A stretch of 64,000 bases of DNA from Octopus vulgaris (Eukaryota). Of the stretch, positions 52,208-64,000 are shown one piece after another. The DNA is taken from positions 211,234,001 through 211,298,000 of the forward strand of contig OX597815.1 in NCBI GenBank assembly GCA_951406725.2, given 5' to 3'. The notes beneath the pieces are model-generated. The model was not told where the DNA came from. It did no database searches and saw nothing but the letters and a program-made list of their open reading frames with translations. Position 1 is the stretch's first letter. Each line of letters starts with the position of its first letter. A program made the translations under genes and the position numbers.

Positions 52208-52450
52208 GGAGGTGCATGGCTTAGTGGTTAGGGTGTCAGCACCATGATCGTAAGATTGTGGTTTTGATTCCAGGTCTGGGCGACGCGTTGTGTTCTTGAG
52301 CAAAACACTTCATTTCACGTTGCTCCAGTCCACTCAGCTGGCAAAAATGAGTAACGCTGCAATGGACTGGCGTCCCGTCCAGCTGGGGAACTCATACACC
52401 ATAGAAACCAGGAAACCGGACCCATGAGTTAGGCTTTAAAAGGGTGCATT
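52208..52450 (+). mobile_element. tRNA-derived SINE (V-domain-like 3' part)
   Basis: tRNA-like head TGGCTTAGTGGTTAGG..GATTCC; CAATGGACTGGCGTCCCGTCCAG; (TTTA)n tail. Confidence 0.65.
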
Positions 52451-53198
52451 TATTTATTTATTTATTTATTTATAAATATATATATATATATAATGTGTGT
52501 GTGTGTTTGTTTGTGTGTGTGTGCCTGTGTCTATGTGAATTTGTTCAGGTATGGCAGATGCAGGCACGGCTATGTGGTTAAGACGTTTGCTTCCCAATAA
52601 TTTAATTTTGGGTTCAATCCCACTGTATGTTGGCTTGGTTAAGTGTTTTCTAGTATAGCCCTGGGCTGACCAAATTCAATGGATTTTGTAGATGGAAACT
52701 GAAAGAAGCCCATCACACATGCACACACATATATATATATATATCATCATCATCATTTAACGTTCTCTTTCCATGCTACCATGGGTTGGACGATTTGACT
52801 GAGGTCTGGCAAACCAGATGGCTGCGCCAGGTTCCAATCTGATCTGGCAGAGTTTCTACAGCTGGATGCCCTTCCTAACGCCAACCACTCCAAGAATGTA
52901 GTGGGTGCTTTTACGTGCCACCAGCATGAGGGCCAGTTAGGTGGTACTGGCAACAGCCACGCTCAAATGGTGCTTTTTTTAGGTAATATTAAGGTAAGAA
53001 GAACTGATACTATTTATTGATATTAACCAAAAGACTGTGAAGTGATATAAAACAACTTTTGACCTTTGATGCAATATCAAGTTTCATTTAATAAAAAGAA
53101 CGTGTTATAATATTCATGAAACAATTAGAAAAATATAATGTTTTTATCTGCTTTTAAGAATAGAATATTTTTAAAATTAGTTACTAGTGGTAATAGTA

Positions 53199-53677
53199 TT
53201 GGGTTGTCTGGAAAGTTCATGCTGATTTATAGTAGCTTACCTTTCGATTTATTTTAGAACATGGTTGAGTCCATAAAATAGTATTTGACTACACCTCCAT
53301 TTAGAGCACAGTTTAAGCTATCGTTTCATGGAAGAAGATTTATGTTCCTATAACCTTCTGTTAATTCTGTAACCCTTTAAAATGGAAGATAAGAAAGTTC
53401 CACTTGATGCTTTGGGAACCAGACAAAAATTGCTGCAGCTTGGCTAGGATGTGTTACCCCACCCTCCATATTCACCAGATATTGCTCCTTCGGATTTCCA
53501 CTTATTCAGGTCTGTGCAGAATAGTCTTAATGGTAAAAATTTCAATTCCTTGCATGACATAAAAAGATACCTTGATGAATTCTTTGCCATATTTGGTTGA
53601 TTAAAAATGTAATGGCAAGTATTTATTGACCTTTTCCTTTCCTTTAAAACTCGGCATGAACTTTCCGGACAACCCAA
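53199..53677 (+). mobile_element. Internally deleted mariner DNA transposon
   Basis: TIRs TTGGGTTGTCTGGAAAGTTCATGC / GCATGAACTTTCCGGACAACCCAA; remnant VLPHPPYSPDIAPSDFHLFRSVQNSL (mariner YSPDLAPxD motif) preceded by an in-frame stop. Confidence 0.92.
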
Positions 53678-53889
53678 TGTATACAAAGGACTGGGAGATG
53701 TGGCAATTTGCTGTACTTGAAAAGATGCATCAAGCTAAGCAAAACCACTGTCTTCCATACATACCGGCTTGTCTCTTACAGGTGCTGTGTAAACACACCT
53801 ATTCTGGTGCTGCATAAGTGTACCTGTGCTAGTGGCATGTAAAAATCACCCAGTACACTCTGTTAAGTGACTGGTGTTTGGAAGGGCAA

Positions 53890-54282
53890 AGGCGGCGAGC
53901 TGGCAGAAACGTTAGCACACTGGGCGAAATGCTTAGCAGTATTTTGTCTGTCACTACGTTCTGAGTTCAAATTCTGCCGAGGTCGACTTTACCTTTCATC
54001 CTTCTGGGGTCGATTAAATAAGTACCAGTTATGCACTAGGGTTGATATAATCGACTTAATCCATTTGTCTATCCTTGTTTGTCCTCTCTCTGTTTAGCCC
54101 CTTGTGGGTAGTAAAGACATAGGTATTTCGTCTGCCGCTACATTCTGAGTTCAAATTCCGCCAAGGTCGACTTTGCCTTTCATCCTTTCGGGGTCAATTA
54201 AATAAGCACCAGTTACGCACTGGGGTCAATGTAGTCGACTTACCCTCTGTGTTTAGCCCTTTGTAGGTAGTAAAGAAATAGG
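53890..54282 (+). mobile_element. SINE family B with internal tandem units (others at ~8461-8695, 19820-20588, 21665-21880, 36645-36860, 42330-42770, 49263-49425, 56530-56980, 57768-57985)
   Basis: GGCGGCGAGCTGGCAGAA..GAGTTCAAATTCCGCCGAGGTCGACTTTGCCTTTCATCCTTTCGGGGTCGAT..AAGTACCAG; the core resembles the MetaSINE central domain (inference). Confidence 0.85.
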
Positions 54283-54669
54283 TGTTTGGAAGGGCATCCA
54301 GCTGTGGAAGCCATGCTATAGCAGACAATTGGAGTCTGGACAACTCCCAGCAGGCCAACTCCATGTAAATGACTGCAAGTTGGACAAGGACGACAATGAC
54401 AACATAAAACCGTCCAACCCATGCCAGCATGGAAAATGGACGTTAAACGATGATGATGACGTTGACATACATATATGCTCATGCATACATATATACAATG
54501 GTTTTCTTCGAGTTTCTCTCTATCAAATCAACTCACAAGTCGGAAACTGAAGAGTCAGAAATAGTAAAAATACTTATCAAACAAGAATAAACCACATATA
54601 AGTTTATGGAACATTATATAAGTTAGCATGGAAAAAATATTTCAGTTGATATTTCTAGTCAGGATATGT

Positions 54670-54789
54670 ACACTTCATGTGTGTGTGCGTATGTGTGTGT
54701 GTGTCGTGTGCGCCATGTGCGTATGTGTGTGCATGCATATGTGTATGGCTGTGCCTCTGTGAGTGTATGTGTGTGTGTGCCTCTATGCA

Positions 54790-54823
<34 letters not shown>

Positions 54824-55149
54824 GTTGTGTGTGCCATGTGCGTATGTGTGTGTGTATGCATATGTGTGTCTGTGCCTCTGTGAGTGTATATGCGTGTACC
54901 TCTGTGCATGCGTGTGTGTGTGTGCTTCTATGTGCATGTGTGTGTGTGTGTGTGTGTGTGTGTGCCATGTGCGTATGTGTGTGTGCATGCATATGTATAT
55001 GTCTGTGCCTCTGTGAATGTGTGTGTGTGTGCCTCTGTACATGTGTGTGTGCTTCTCTGTGGATGTGTGTGTGTGTGTGTGTGTGAGTGTTATATCATGA
55101 GATTTCGTCCTCTGTGAATGTGTGTGTGTGTGTGTGTGCTTCTCTGTGC

Positions 55150-55184
<35 letters not shown>

Positions 55185-55210
55185 TGTTATATCATGAGAT
55201 TTCGTCCTGT
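54670..55210. repeat. Compound (TG)n minisatellite
   Basis: Direct inspection; recurring GTGCCATGTGCGTATG and GTGCCTCTGTG units. Confidence 0.92.
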
Positions 55211-55854
55211 GATCTCTGGAGTCAAGTAGATTAACTAGTATCTACCCAATCACAATTTAGCAATTGTCTGCAATTAAAAGTCGGGTACGTAGTAATGAGC
55301 AATAGGGTTGATACTCTATTGATAGACACCTTTGATCATAAAAGCATTTTAAAGCAATTGACTCATTTGTCTGATAACTGACAGATCAAATACAAAAAGA
55401 AAAAGGAAAGACTTGTGGAAACAAAAGCTAAACGAAATAGTCTTACTGTAATAAAACGATGGAGTTATAATGCCAAGAGAGAGAAAGAGGGAGAGAAGAA
55501 GAGAGAGAGAGAGAGAGAAAGAGAGAGTATAACTGTTTCAAAGAGGTTAAAGAAAAACAAAAACCTAGAAACTGAGGAAACTTGTGATCGTGTACATCAA
55601 AAAGGGTGAAAAAAAAAACACACAATAAAATTCATAAAATTCGTGATTTTATCTGAAATCGTGCTTTGCATCATAATAGATTTATATCAGACATATAAAA
55701 CACAATTACTCTGTTATATTCACAACTGTTTTCTCATTATTTTGTGATATTTGTATAGATCTTCAACTATCAAAGTCTCTCAGCCTACATCTATGACCCA
55801 GTCACTGCTAATGTTTATGTGTGTGTATGTGTGTGTGTTTCTGTGTGTGCGTGT

Positions 55855-56295
<441 letters not shown>

Positions 56296-58842
56296 TTATT
56301 TTCTTTGTCATCGTCATCGTTATCATTTTAAATCTGCTTTCCATGTTAACATGCATTGATGATCCATGCTTATGACCTCTTTGCCACATCTCTTAAACTG
56401 ATGGGGGAAGAAGAGTAGGAACATCAGCTCATGTGTTATTCTGAGCCTGGAGACCGGGTTCAAATGGTAGCAACGTCATATATATATACATATATATATA
56501 TGTGTGCATATATTTATGTGTTTATGTTTGTTATTTCTTTACTGCCCACAAGGGGCTGACATAGAGGGGACAAACAAGGACAGACAAAGGGGCTAAGTCG
56601 ATTACATCGACCCCAGTGCATAACTGGTACTTATTTAGTCGACCCCGAAAGGATGACAGGCAAAGTCGACCTCGGCGGAATTTGAACTCAGAACGTAAAG
56701 ACAAACGAAATACTGCTAAGCATTTCACCCACTATGCTAACGTTTCTTATTTCTTTATTGCCCACAAGGGGCTAAACACAGAGGGGACAAACAAGGACAG
56801 ACACACAGTTTAAGTCGATTACATCGACTCCAGTGCATAACTGGTACTTAATTTATCGACCCCTAAAAGAATGAAAGGCAAAGTTGACCTCAGCAGAATT
56901 TGAACTCAGAACATAATGGCAGACGAAATACCGCTCAGCATTTCAACCGGCGTGCTAACGTTTCTGCCAACCCACTGCCTTATGTGTGTGTATGTATATG
57001 TCTGTCCTCCACCACTGCTTGAAAACCATTGATAGAGTGTTTACTTCCTCATAACATAGCGGTTTGGCAAATAAGACTGATAGAATAAATACCAGGCTTA
57101 AAAAACAGCTAAGTACTGGGTCGATTCATTCAACTAAAAATTCTTTAAGGTGGTGCCCCAGCATGGCCGTAGTCTAATGACTGAAACAAGTAAATGATAG
57201 AAAATAATAACTGATAGCTTCTGTTATCTATGTGATGAAATTATTGATTGAGATGGGTACTCCAAAAACATAGTACCCAGGGTAAAGGTAGGGCAGACAA
57301 AGGTTAGGGAGTTATTACCTTTTATGTTTCACTTGTTCCAGTGTTTGGACTGTGGCCATGCTGAGGCAATGCCTTGAAGGATTTAGTTAAACAAACTGAC
57401 CCCAGTATTTATTTATAAGTCTGGTACTTATTCCATTAGTCGTTTTTGCTGAACTGCTAAGTTATGGAGATGTAAAAACCAAAACCAGTTGTCAAGTGGT
57501 GGTGTAAAACAAACACACAGACACATATATGCTATACTGGTGCCACATAAAAAGCACCCAGTACACTCTGTAAAGTGGTTGGCATTAGGAAGGGCATCCA
57601 GCCATAAAAACGAAGCCAAATCAGACTGACACTTGATGCAGCTCTCCTGCTTGCCAGCTCTGGTCAAGCCAGAGAACCCATGCCAACATGGAAAGCAGAT
57701 GTTAAAGGAATATGATGATGATGATGATGATGATGTGGATGATGATATAATAGGCTTCTTTCAGTTTCTTATTTCTTTACTGCCCACAAGGGGCCAAACA
57801 AGGACAGACAAACGGATTAAGTCGATTATATCGACCCAGTGAATAACTGGTACTTAATTTATCAACCCCAAAAAGATGAAAGGCAAAGTCGACCTCGGTG
57901 GAATTTGAACTCAGAACGTAGCAGCAGACGAAATGCTGCTCAGCATTTCACCCAGCGTGCTAACATTTCTGCCAGCTCACCGCCTTTCAGTTTCTGTGTA
58001 CCAAATCTTCTTCTTTCTATCAAATTAAGGCTTCTTTCAGTTTCTGCCTACGAAATCCACTTACAAGGTTTTGGTCTGGTCCAGCGCCACAGTGAAAAGC
58101 ACTTGCCCAAGATCCTCACACAGTTAGACTAAACCCAAGACCCCATGGTTAGGAAGCAAGCTTCTTACCATGCAGCCATGCCTGCAGATTGTGTAATGGT
58201 TATGTATGAAGCACAATGATGTGGTATCATATGGTAGCGAAACAGTGATTCTGTGTATGAAGCAAGTATAAAGAAAGAATTGAGGCTGGATGTGTAATAT
58301 TTGCATTCATGAATTATCAAGCACAGATAAGCTGAGAGAAAACTTAGATGTAAGAACATCAGCTGTCATCATCATCATCGTTTAACGTCTGCTTTCCATG
58401 CTGGCATGGGTTGGACGATTTGACTGAGGACTGGTGAACCAGATGGCTGCACCAGGCTCCGATCTGATTTGGCAGAATTTCTACAGCTTGATGCCCTTCC
58501 TAATGCCAACCACTCTGAGAGTGTAGTGGGTGCTTTTTACATGCCACCGGCATGGAGCCAGTCAGGCAGTACTGGCAACGGCCATGCTCAAATGATGTTT
58601 TTTATGTGCCACCCGCACAGGAGCCAGTCCAGTGGCACTGGCAATGACCTCACTCAAGAGACATATAGAGGATGACATTCGGGTAAAGAAGCACAATGAA
58701 ATTAGTTGAAATGAAATTCTGAAGGAAGAGTGTATGGGATGCAATGCTGAAGACTGTTCTCAGACAGTGGGACTTTACAAAAGAGATTACAAGTGACCGG
58801 GACAATTGGGAAGGCATGGTTCTAAAGAAGACTAGATTAAGT

Positions 58843-59045
58843 GATGAGGAGGAGGTGAAGGAGGTGGAGAAAGAAGAGGAGGAAGTGGAGGAGGAGGATG
58901 GGGAGGAAGTGGAGAAGGAGGAGGAGGAAGTGGAGAGGAGGAGGAGGAAGTGGAGAGGAGGAAGTGGAGGAGAAGGAAGTGGATAAGAGGGAGGAGGAGG
59001 AGGAGAAGAGGGAGGAAGTGGAGAGGAGGAGGAGGAGAAAGTGGA
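58843..59045. repeat. (GAG)n-rich polypurine low-complexity tract
   Basis: Direct inspection. Confidence 0.9.
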
Positions 59046-59682
59046 GGTGAATGGTGATGATGATGTAGAGGAGGGGCAAGATGTAAATGACTAACAAGGA
59101 GGATAATCACAACATAAAAGGAGGACCAAGAAGAGAATGACTATAACGAGGCAGATGAGGAGGGGGAGGACAATGATGAAAAAAAGGAGAAAATTAGATA
59201 TGCCTCTGTGTGTGTGTGTGTGTGTGTGTGTATTTGTGTAAGCTTATATTTAAACTTCCTTGCATCATGAAATAAATCATACAACAAAGTTAACTGACAC
59301 ACCATCTGTTTCGATGACAAGTCTTCCAGTTGGTCCAATCAATGGAACAGCCTGCTTGTGGTATTAATGTGCACCTGGCTGAGTATTCCACAGACACACA
59401 CATAACCTTAACATAGTTTTCAAAGGGATTCAGCACGAGTCAATGGGACAAAACTGGCCCTATGAATTACAAGTATTACTCATTTTTTCCAACTGAGTGG
59501 ACTGGAGTAACATGAAATAAAGTGCCTCGCTCAAGGACCCAACACACCACCAGGTACCAATCTCATGACCCTATGATCCTGAGCTCAATACCTCAAGCAC
59601 AAAGCCATGTGCTTTCAAAATTAAACATAATGAAATCATATATTTATGTATTGCTTACAAGTAATAAATAATAATAATATCA

Positions 59683-60063
59683 AACACGAGCACTCAGAGA
59701 GCGCAAACCTCTACCAAGGCAACACCAACGTCCTCTCAACGATTAGCCAGAGATGATTTTTAAAATGAGAATATCTGAAATAAACTCAATTGCTCTCACA
59801 AACGAGAATACTAAAAACGAACCCAACTTCTCTGAAAAATTATGTAAAAAAAAAAACAGGAAAAATAATCCAGAATTCTTGTCCAGTACCAGATCGATCC
59901 GAAAATCTAATCAGTTTATGCCAGCCACGAGGCCAAACGTCCCTGCAAGTTTCATCCAAATCCATGCAGCAGTTCTTGAGATATCTTATCCATGGACAAA
60001 CAAGCAAACAAACAAACGCGACTGAAAACAATACCTCCGCCTCAGTGAAGGCAGCGGTGAAAA
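59683..60063 (-). mobile_element. Non-autonomous Helentron-like element, ~23 bp downstream of an ADAMTS donor site
   Basis: GAGCACTCAGAGAGCGC hairpin and ACCTCCGCC subTIRs; reverse-orientation homologue of 50842-51213. Confidence 0.65.
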
Positions 60064-60086
60064 TAGACAAGTAGTGTGAAACGTAC

Positions 60087-60340
60087 CATAATCGTTAGAG
60101 GTTCTTTTAAAGGTCCAACAGCATTGAAGCTTTCAACATCTCCCTCACGTGAATAATGAACAATGGTGCCAGCTATTTCATAGTCACCACTCCATTCAAT
60201 AAACCAGCCCCCATTCAAATAGTATTCTCCATTCTGGTTGCGCAGGGCCAGATAGTTGTGTTCTGCAGATTGAGCACCTTTCAATTCATTAACAAATATA
60301 TTTCGAGCCCCAGCTGGGATCATTTTCACTTCTTGGTATC
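60087..60340 (-). CDS. ADAMTS7: ADAMTS7/12-like protease, exon encoding the spacer domain (GYQEVKMIPAGARNIFV...GPLKEPLTIM)
   Basis: Acceptor tttttttag at 60341-60342 and donor gtacgt at 60086. Translation IPAGARNIFV..NYLALRNQNGEYYLNGGWFIEWSGDYEIAGT..GPLKEPL is the ADAMTS spacer motif. Length 254 nt, phase 1 -> 0. The 7 vs 12 paralogue cannot be resolved. Confidence 0.95.
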
Positions 60341-60917
60341 CTAAAAAAAGAAATAAAAAATAGTTTTTAAATTGTGTTAACGCATGGGTGTGTTTGTATA
60401 CATGGATATATACATATTAGATAAATCAACCATTTAAACAATTAGGCAAACAAATTCATACAATGTGTGTGTGTGTGTGTGCATGCACACTTGTGTGAAT
60501 GTGTTTACATACACATACATTCACACTTGGATTTGATGGTTCAAACAGGAGATATAGAATCCGATAGACAAAGTAGATTTACTAAGTACTACACATGAAA
60601 CTCTTTGCACTTAAATGAATTATGTAGCTTTACAGCTATATAGTAAAGAGGTCTATGTATGTATAGATATATGAATATGAATATATACACACATGTGCAG
60701 ACACACACATGCATACATATATATAGTGGGTTTTGGGTTAAAGAAAAAACAGGAAGATCAATTAATTATGATTTTATGCAACATATTCCCCTCTCAGATC
60801 CACACAGTTATTGCAATGGTCCTTCAGTTTTTAAGCCATATAAAAGAACTCAGAAAATTGGGTCTTCGACCAGGCCTTTTGTGATTCCCTTAAAGCCAGA
60901 AACTTTTCAGCACCCCT

Positions 60918-60969
<52 letters not shown>

Positions 60970-61293
60970 TTACTTGGAAAAGGATGCGTGGCGTTCAATT
61001 GTATAATGATATAAATAATATATAAATATATGCATATATACATTCATATATGTACATACTTACATCTATATGTATATATACATGCATATATTGGTACAGG
61101 ACATCAAAAAAAAAAACGTTGAACACAATGAGAAATGAAAACATAAAAACAAAAACATGGAAACGAACTTTTTTCAAACAACGAAAAAACAGTACAAGAC
61201 ATATGCATGCATATATACATATAGATGTAGGTACGTACATATATGTATGTATATATGCATATATTTATATATCATTTATATTATTATTATTAT

Positions 61294-61339
<46 letters not shown>

Positions 61340-61443
61340 TTATAAAGTTAATCCAAACAAGAAAACACAAAAAACGCAACAACGCGAGGACGTGGAACAA
61401 ATATAGTATTATTGGACGCTCAGGAAAGAAGGAAAGAAGGAGG

Positions 61444-61478
61444 GTTTAACGTTTCGAGCAGAGCTCTTCGTCGGAAAC
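61444..61478 (-). ncRNA. Minimal hammerhead motif, second copy of the 30844 family
   Basis: Reverse complement reads GTTT-CCGACGA-a-GAGC-tct-GCTC-GAA-ACGT-T-AAAC; only the stem II loop differs from the 30844 copy. Confidence 0.7.
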
Positions 61479-62579
61479 ATAGGAGAAGGAAAGATCCAGA
61501 GAAGGGAAGACAGAGGAAAAAAATCACCAACGGTACACACGAGGTCACATTTTGAAAGCGCACACATACAGACTGACTATGCCCTGCTCCAGTGTCTGTT
61601 TGGCATGGTTTCTGTGGCTGGATGCTATACCTAATGCCAACTACTTCACAATGTGTACTGGGTGCTTTTTTCACGAGACCAGCGCTAGTGGGGTTGCCAT
61701 ACAAACAATAAATGAGGAGGCAACTTTATGCTAGGAGAATAAGAAGTGGAAGAGAGTAATGTGTGAGAGAAAAGGTCCAGAGCAGAACAGGTTCCTTGCT
61801 TCAGATGAGACACAAGACTACTTACACTTTAACTGAGAGAGGAGATTGAGTAGGAAAGTAATATAAGTGGTGATGAGGTGTTACAGTGGACCTTCAGGAT
61901 ACAAGGTGGGAAGGAATGGTTGAGTCAGTGGTGCCGGGAGTGAGTGGGGGTGTAGGGGATGTCTAATAGTATGGTATAGCAAAATAGAAACGATGATACA
62001 GTAAACAGGAGGACGAAAGAGAGATGATGTACTGCTGGGTAGGTTGCAAGAATGTTTGGAGAAGAGAAACAGACACAGTGTTTAAGGAGAGTATAACCGT
62101 TTGGTAGAAGAGAAAGTGGTGATGGTGGTGGTGGTGGTGGTGATGGAGGAAAACAGTGACATGGAACTTGCTTTATGTTTTTTTTACAATTCCATGTTGA
62201 TATTCAAAAAAAAATCTTTCGTTTTTACAATTCCAAATCCATTTTTTTCACCTAGTTTTAAGAATTATATACTGTACTGAGGTGACTTCTTCAAAATAAA
62301 TTTATATATTTGATTTCAAAAGTTATGCATGCACACACACACACAAACAGAATCAGACATGTATGCACATGTACGATTGTCATCACATTTGAATTTCAGT
62401 CAGTCTTCCTTGGTGAGTGCTTATGTGATATGGTGTGAAAATCTATTTAGATGTGCATACATCTAAGTATACATACGCTAACAATAAAAACATACGAGAA
62501 AATATGCATGCATATACACACATGTGAATGTGCAGAGATATATAAGTACGAGAGTGTGTGGTGTGTGTAATATATATAT

Positions 62580-62689
62580 AGATATTTATGTATATATATG
62601 TATATAACTTATATGCAGAGAGAGTGAAGAGATTTGATCTGATGTCAGTCTTATATATTAATTTAACACACACACACACACACATACAC

Positions 62690-62725
<36 letters not shown>

Positions 62726-62800
62726 ATGTATGAATGTATAAAGACAACATATATATAATATATGCACACATACATCCACATATATATAACTGTGTGTGTG

Positions 62801-62863
<63 letters not shown>

Positions 62864-62947
62864 TTGATATTTATTTATATATGTATGTATATAACTTCAG
62901 AGAGAGTGAAGAGATTTGATCTGATGTCAGTCTTGTATATTAATTTA

Positions 62948-62995
<48 letters not shown>

Positions 62996-63075
62996 ATATA
63001 AACACAACATATATATACTATATGCACATATACATACACACATACATCCACATATATATAACATTGTGTGTGTGT
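62580..63075. repeat. Local tandem duplication (~285-bp unit, microsatellite-rich)
   Basis: CAGAGAGAGTGAAGAGATTTGATCTGATGTCAGTCTT at ~62616 and ~62898; related copy near 63785. Confidence 0.8.
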
Positions 63076-63327
63076 GTATTCTTGTATGTATGTATGTATG
63101 AATGAATGAATTCATATTATATGTGTAGTATTTTAGTGTAAGAAGAGGCAAACATTTTTTACAAATATATTTTGTCATTAAAATTAAATAGTATCATACT
63201 GATACACTGTATAGTTTACATTATAAAAACAGTCTATTTCAGGAGAGTAGCGTAGAGGTGTTTTCGAATTTGTTATCTTCTGATGGAATAACAGCAAGTT
63301 TTGGAAAATATATCTCTATTATATATA

Positions 63328-63755
63328 AGGAGTAGCTGTGTGGTAAGTAGCTTGCTAACCAACCACATGGTTCCGGGTTCAGTCCCACTGCGTGGCATCT
63401 TGGGCAAGTGTCTTCTGCTTCTGCTATAGCCCCGGGCCAACCAATGCCTTGTGAGTGGATTTGGTAGACAGAAACTGTCGTATATATGTATATATATATA
63501 TAGAAGCCTGTCGTATATATGTATATATATATATATATGTATGTGTGTTTGTGTGTCTGTGTTTATCCCCCTAGCATTGCTAGACAACCGATGCTGGTGT
63601 GTTTACGTCCCCGTCACTTAGCGGTTCGGCAAAAGAGACCGATAGAATAAGTACTGGACTTACAAAGAATAAGTCCCGGGGTCGATTTGCTCGACAACCG
63701 GCGGTGCTCCAGCATGGCCGCAGTCAAATGACTGAAACAAGTAAAAAAAAGAGTA
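63328..63755 (+). mobile_element. SINE family A copy
   Basis: Full-length forward copy with a small internal duplication. Confidence 0.88.
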
Positions 63756-64000
63756 TATAAATGATATGCAGTGAGGATCAACAGATTTGATCTGATATCA
63801 GTTTTATATATTAATTTATGGAAAAGGTGGCAAGGTTTAGCACCAGGACGAGCATCTGGCTATAAAACAATACTTCGAATAGCAGATTTCTCCAACCTAT
63901 GCAAGCATGAAAACAGATGAACAAATGGTATAGGCTCTTGTTCAGTCAATTTGACCATGATTCAGTTAGTGTGCTGTATATGGTGAAGTGAACCAGGAAT

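Overview
Eukaryotic, AT-rich, repeat-dense genomic DNA. The SINE/LINE families and the abundant (TA)n/(CA)n/(CAT)n tracts suggest an octopus (coleoid cephalopod) genome; this is an inference. The whole window lies inside one minus-strand ADAMTS7/12-like metalloprotease gene. Seven GT-AG exons with compatible phases (60340->14621) encode the end of the spacer domain, four TSP1 repeats, an 897-bp Thr/Ser-rich mucin-like exon and further TSP1 repeats; the gene continues beyond both window edges. The introns hold three or four tRNA-derived SINE families, RTE/CR1/CRE LINE remnants, mariner/hAT MITEs, Helentron-like elements and microsatellites. The most notable unannotated signal is a set of sequence-diverse type I hammerhead-ribozyme (HHR) motifs with palindromic stem III (about 8 near-intact, about 8 decayed or partial). 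Nearly all sit in inverted or partial-tandem repeats beside (TA)n microsatellites, the signature of Penelope-like element pseudo-LTRs. The best case is an ~800-bp near-perfect palindrome (49859-50657) with an intact HHR on each strand. Several HHRs are sense to the ADAMTS pre-mRNA. Almost all other ORFs in the supplied track are repeat or microsatellite noise.
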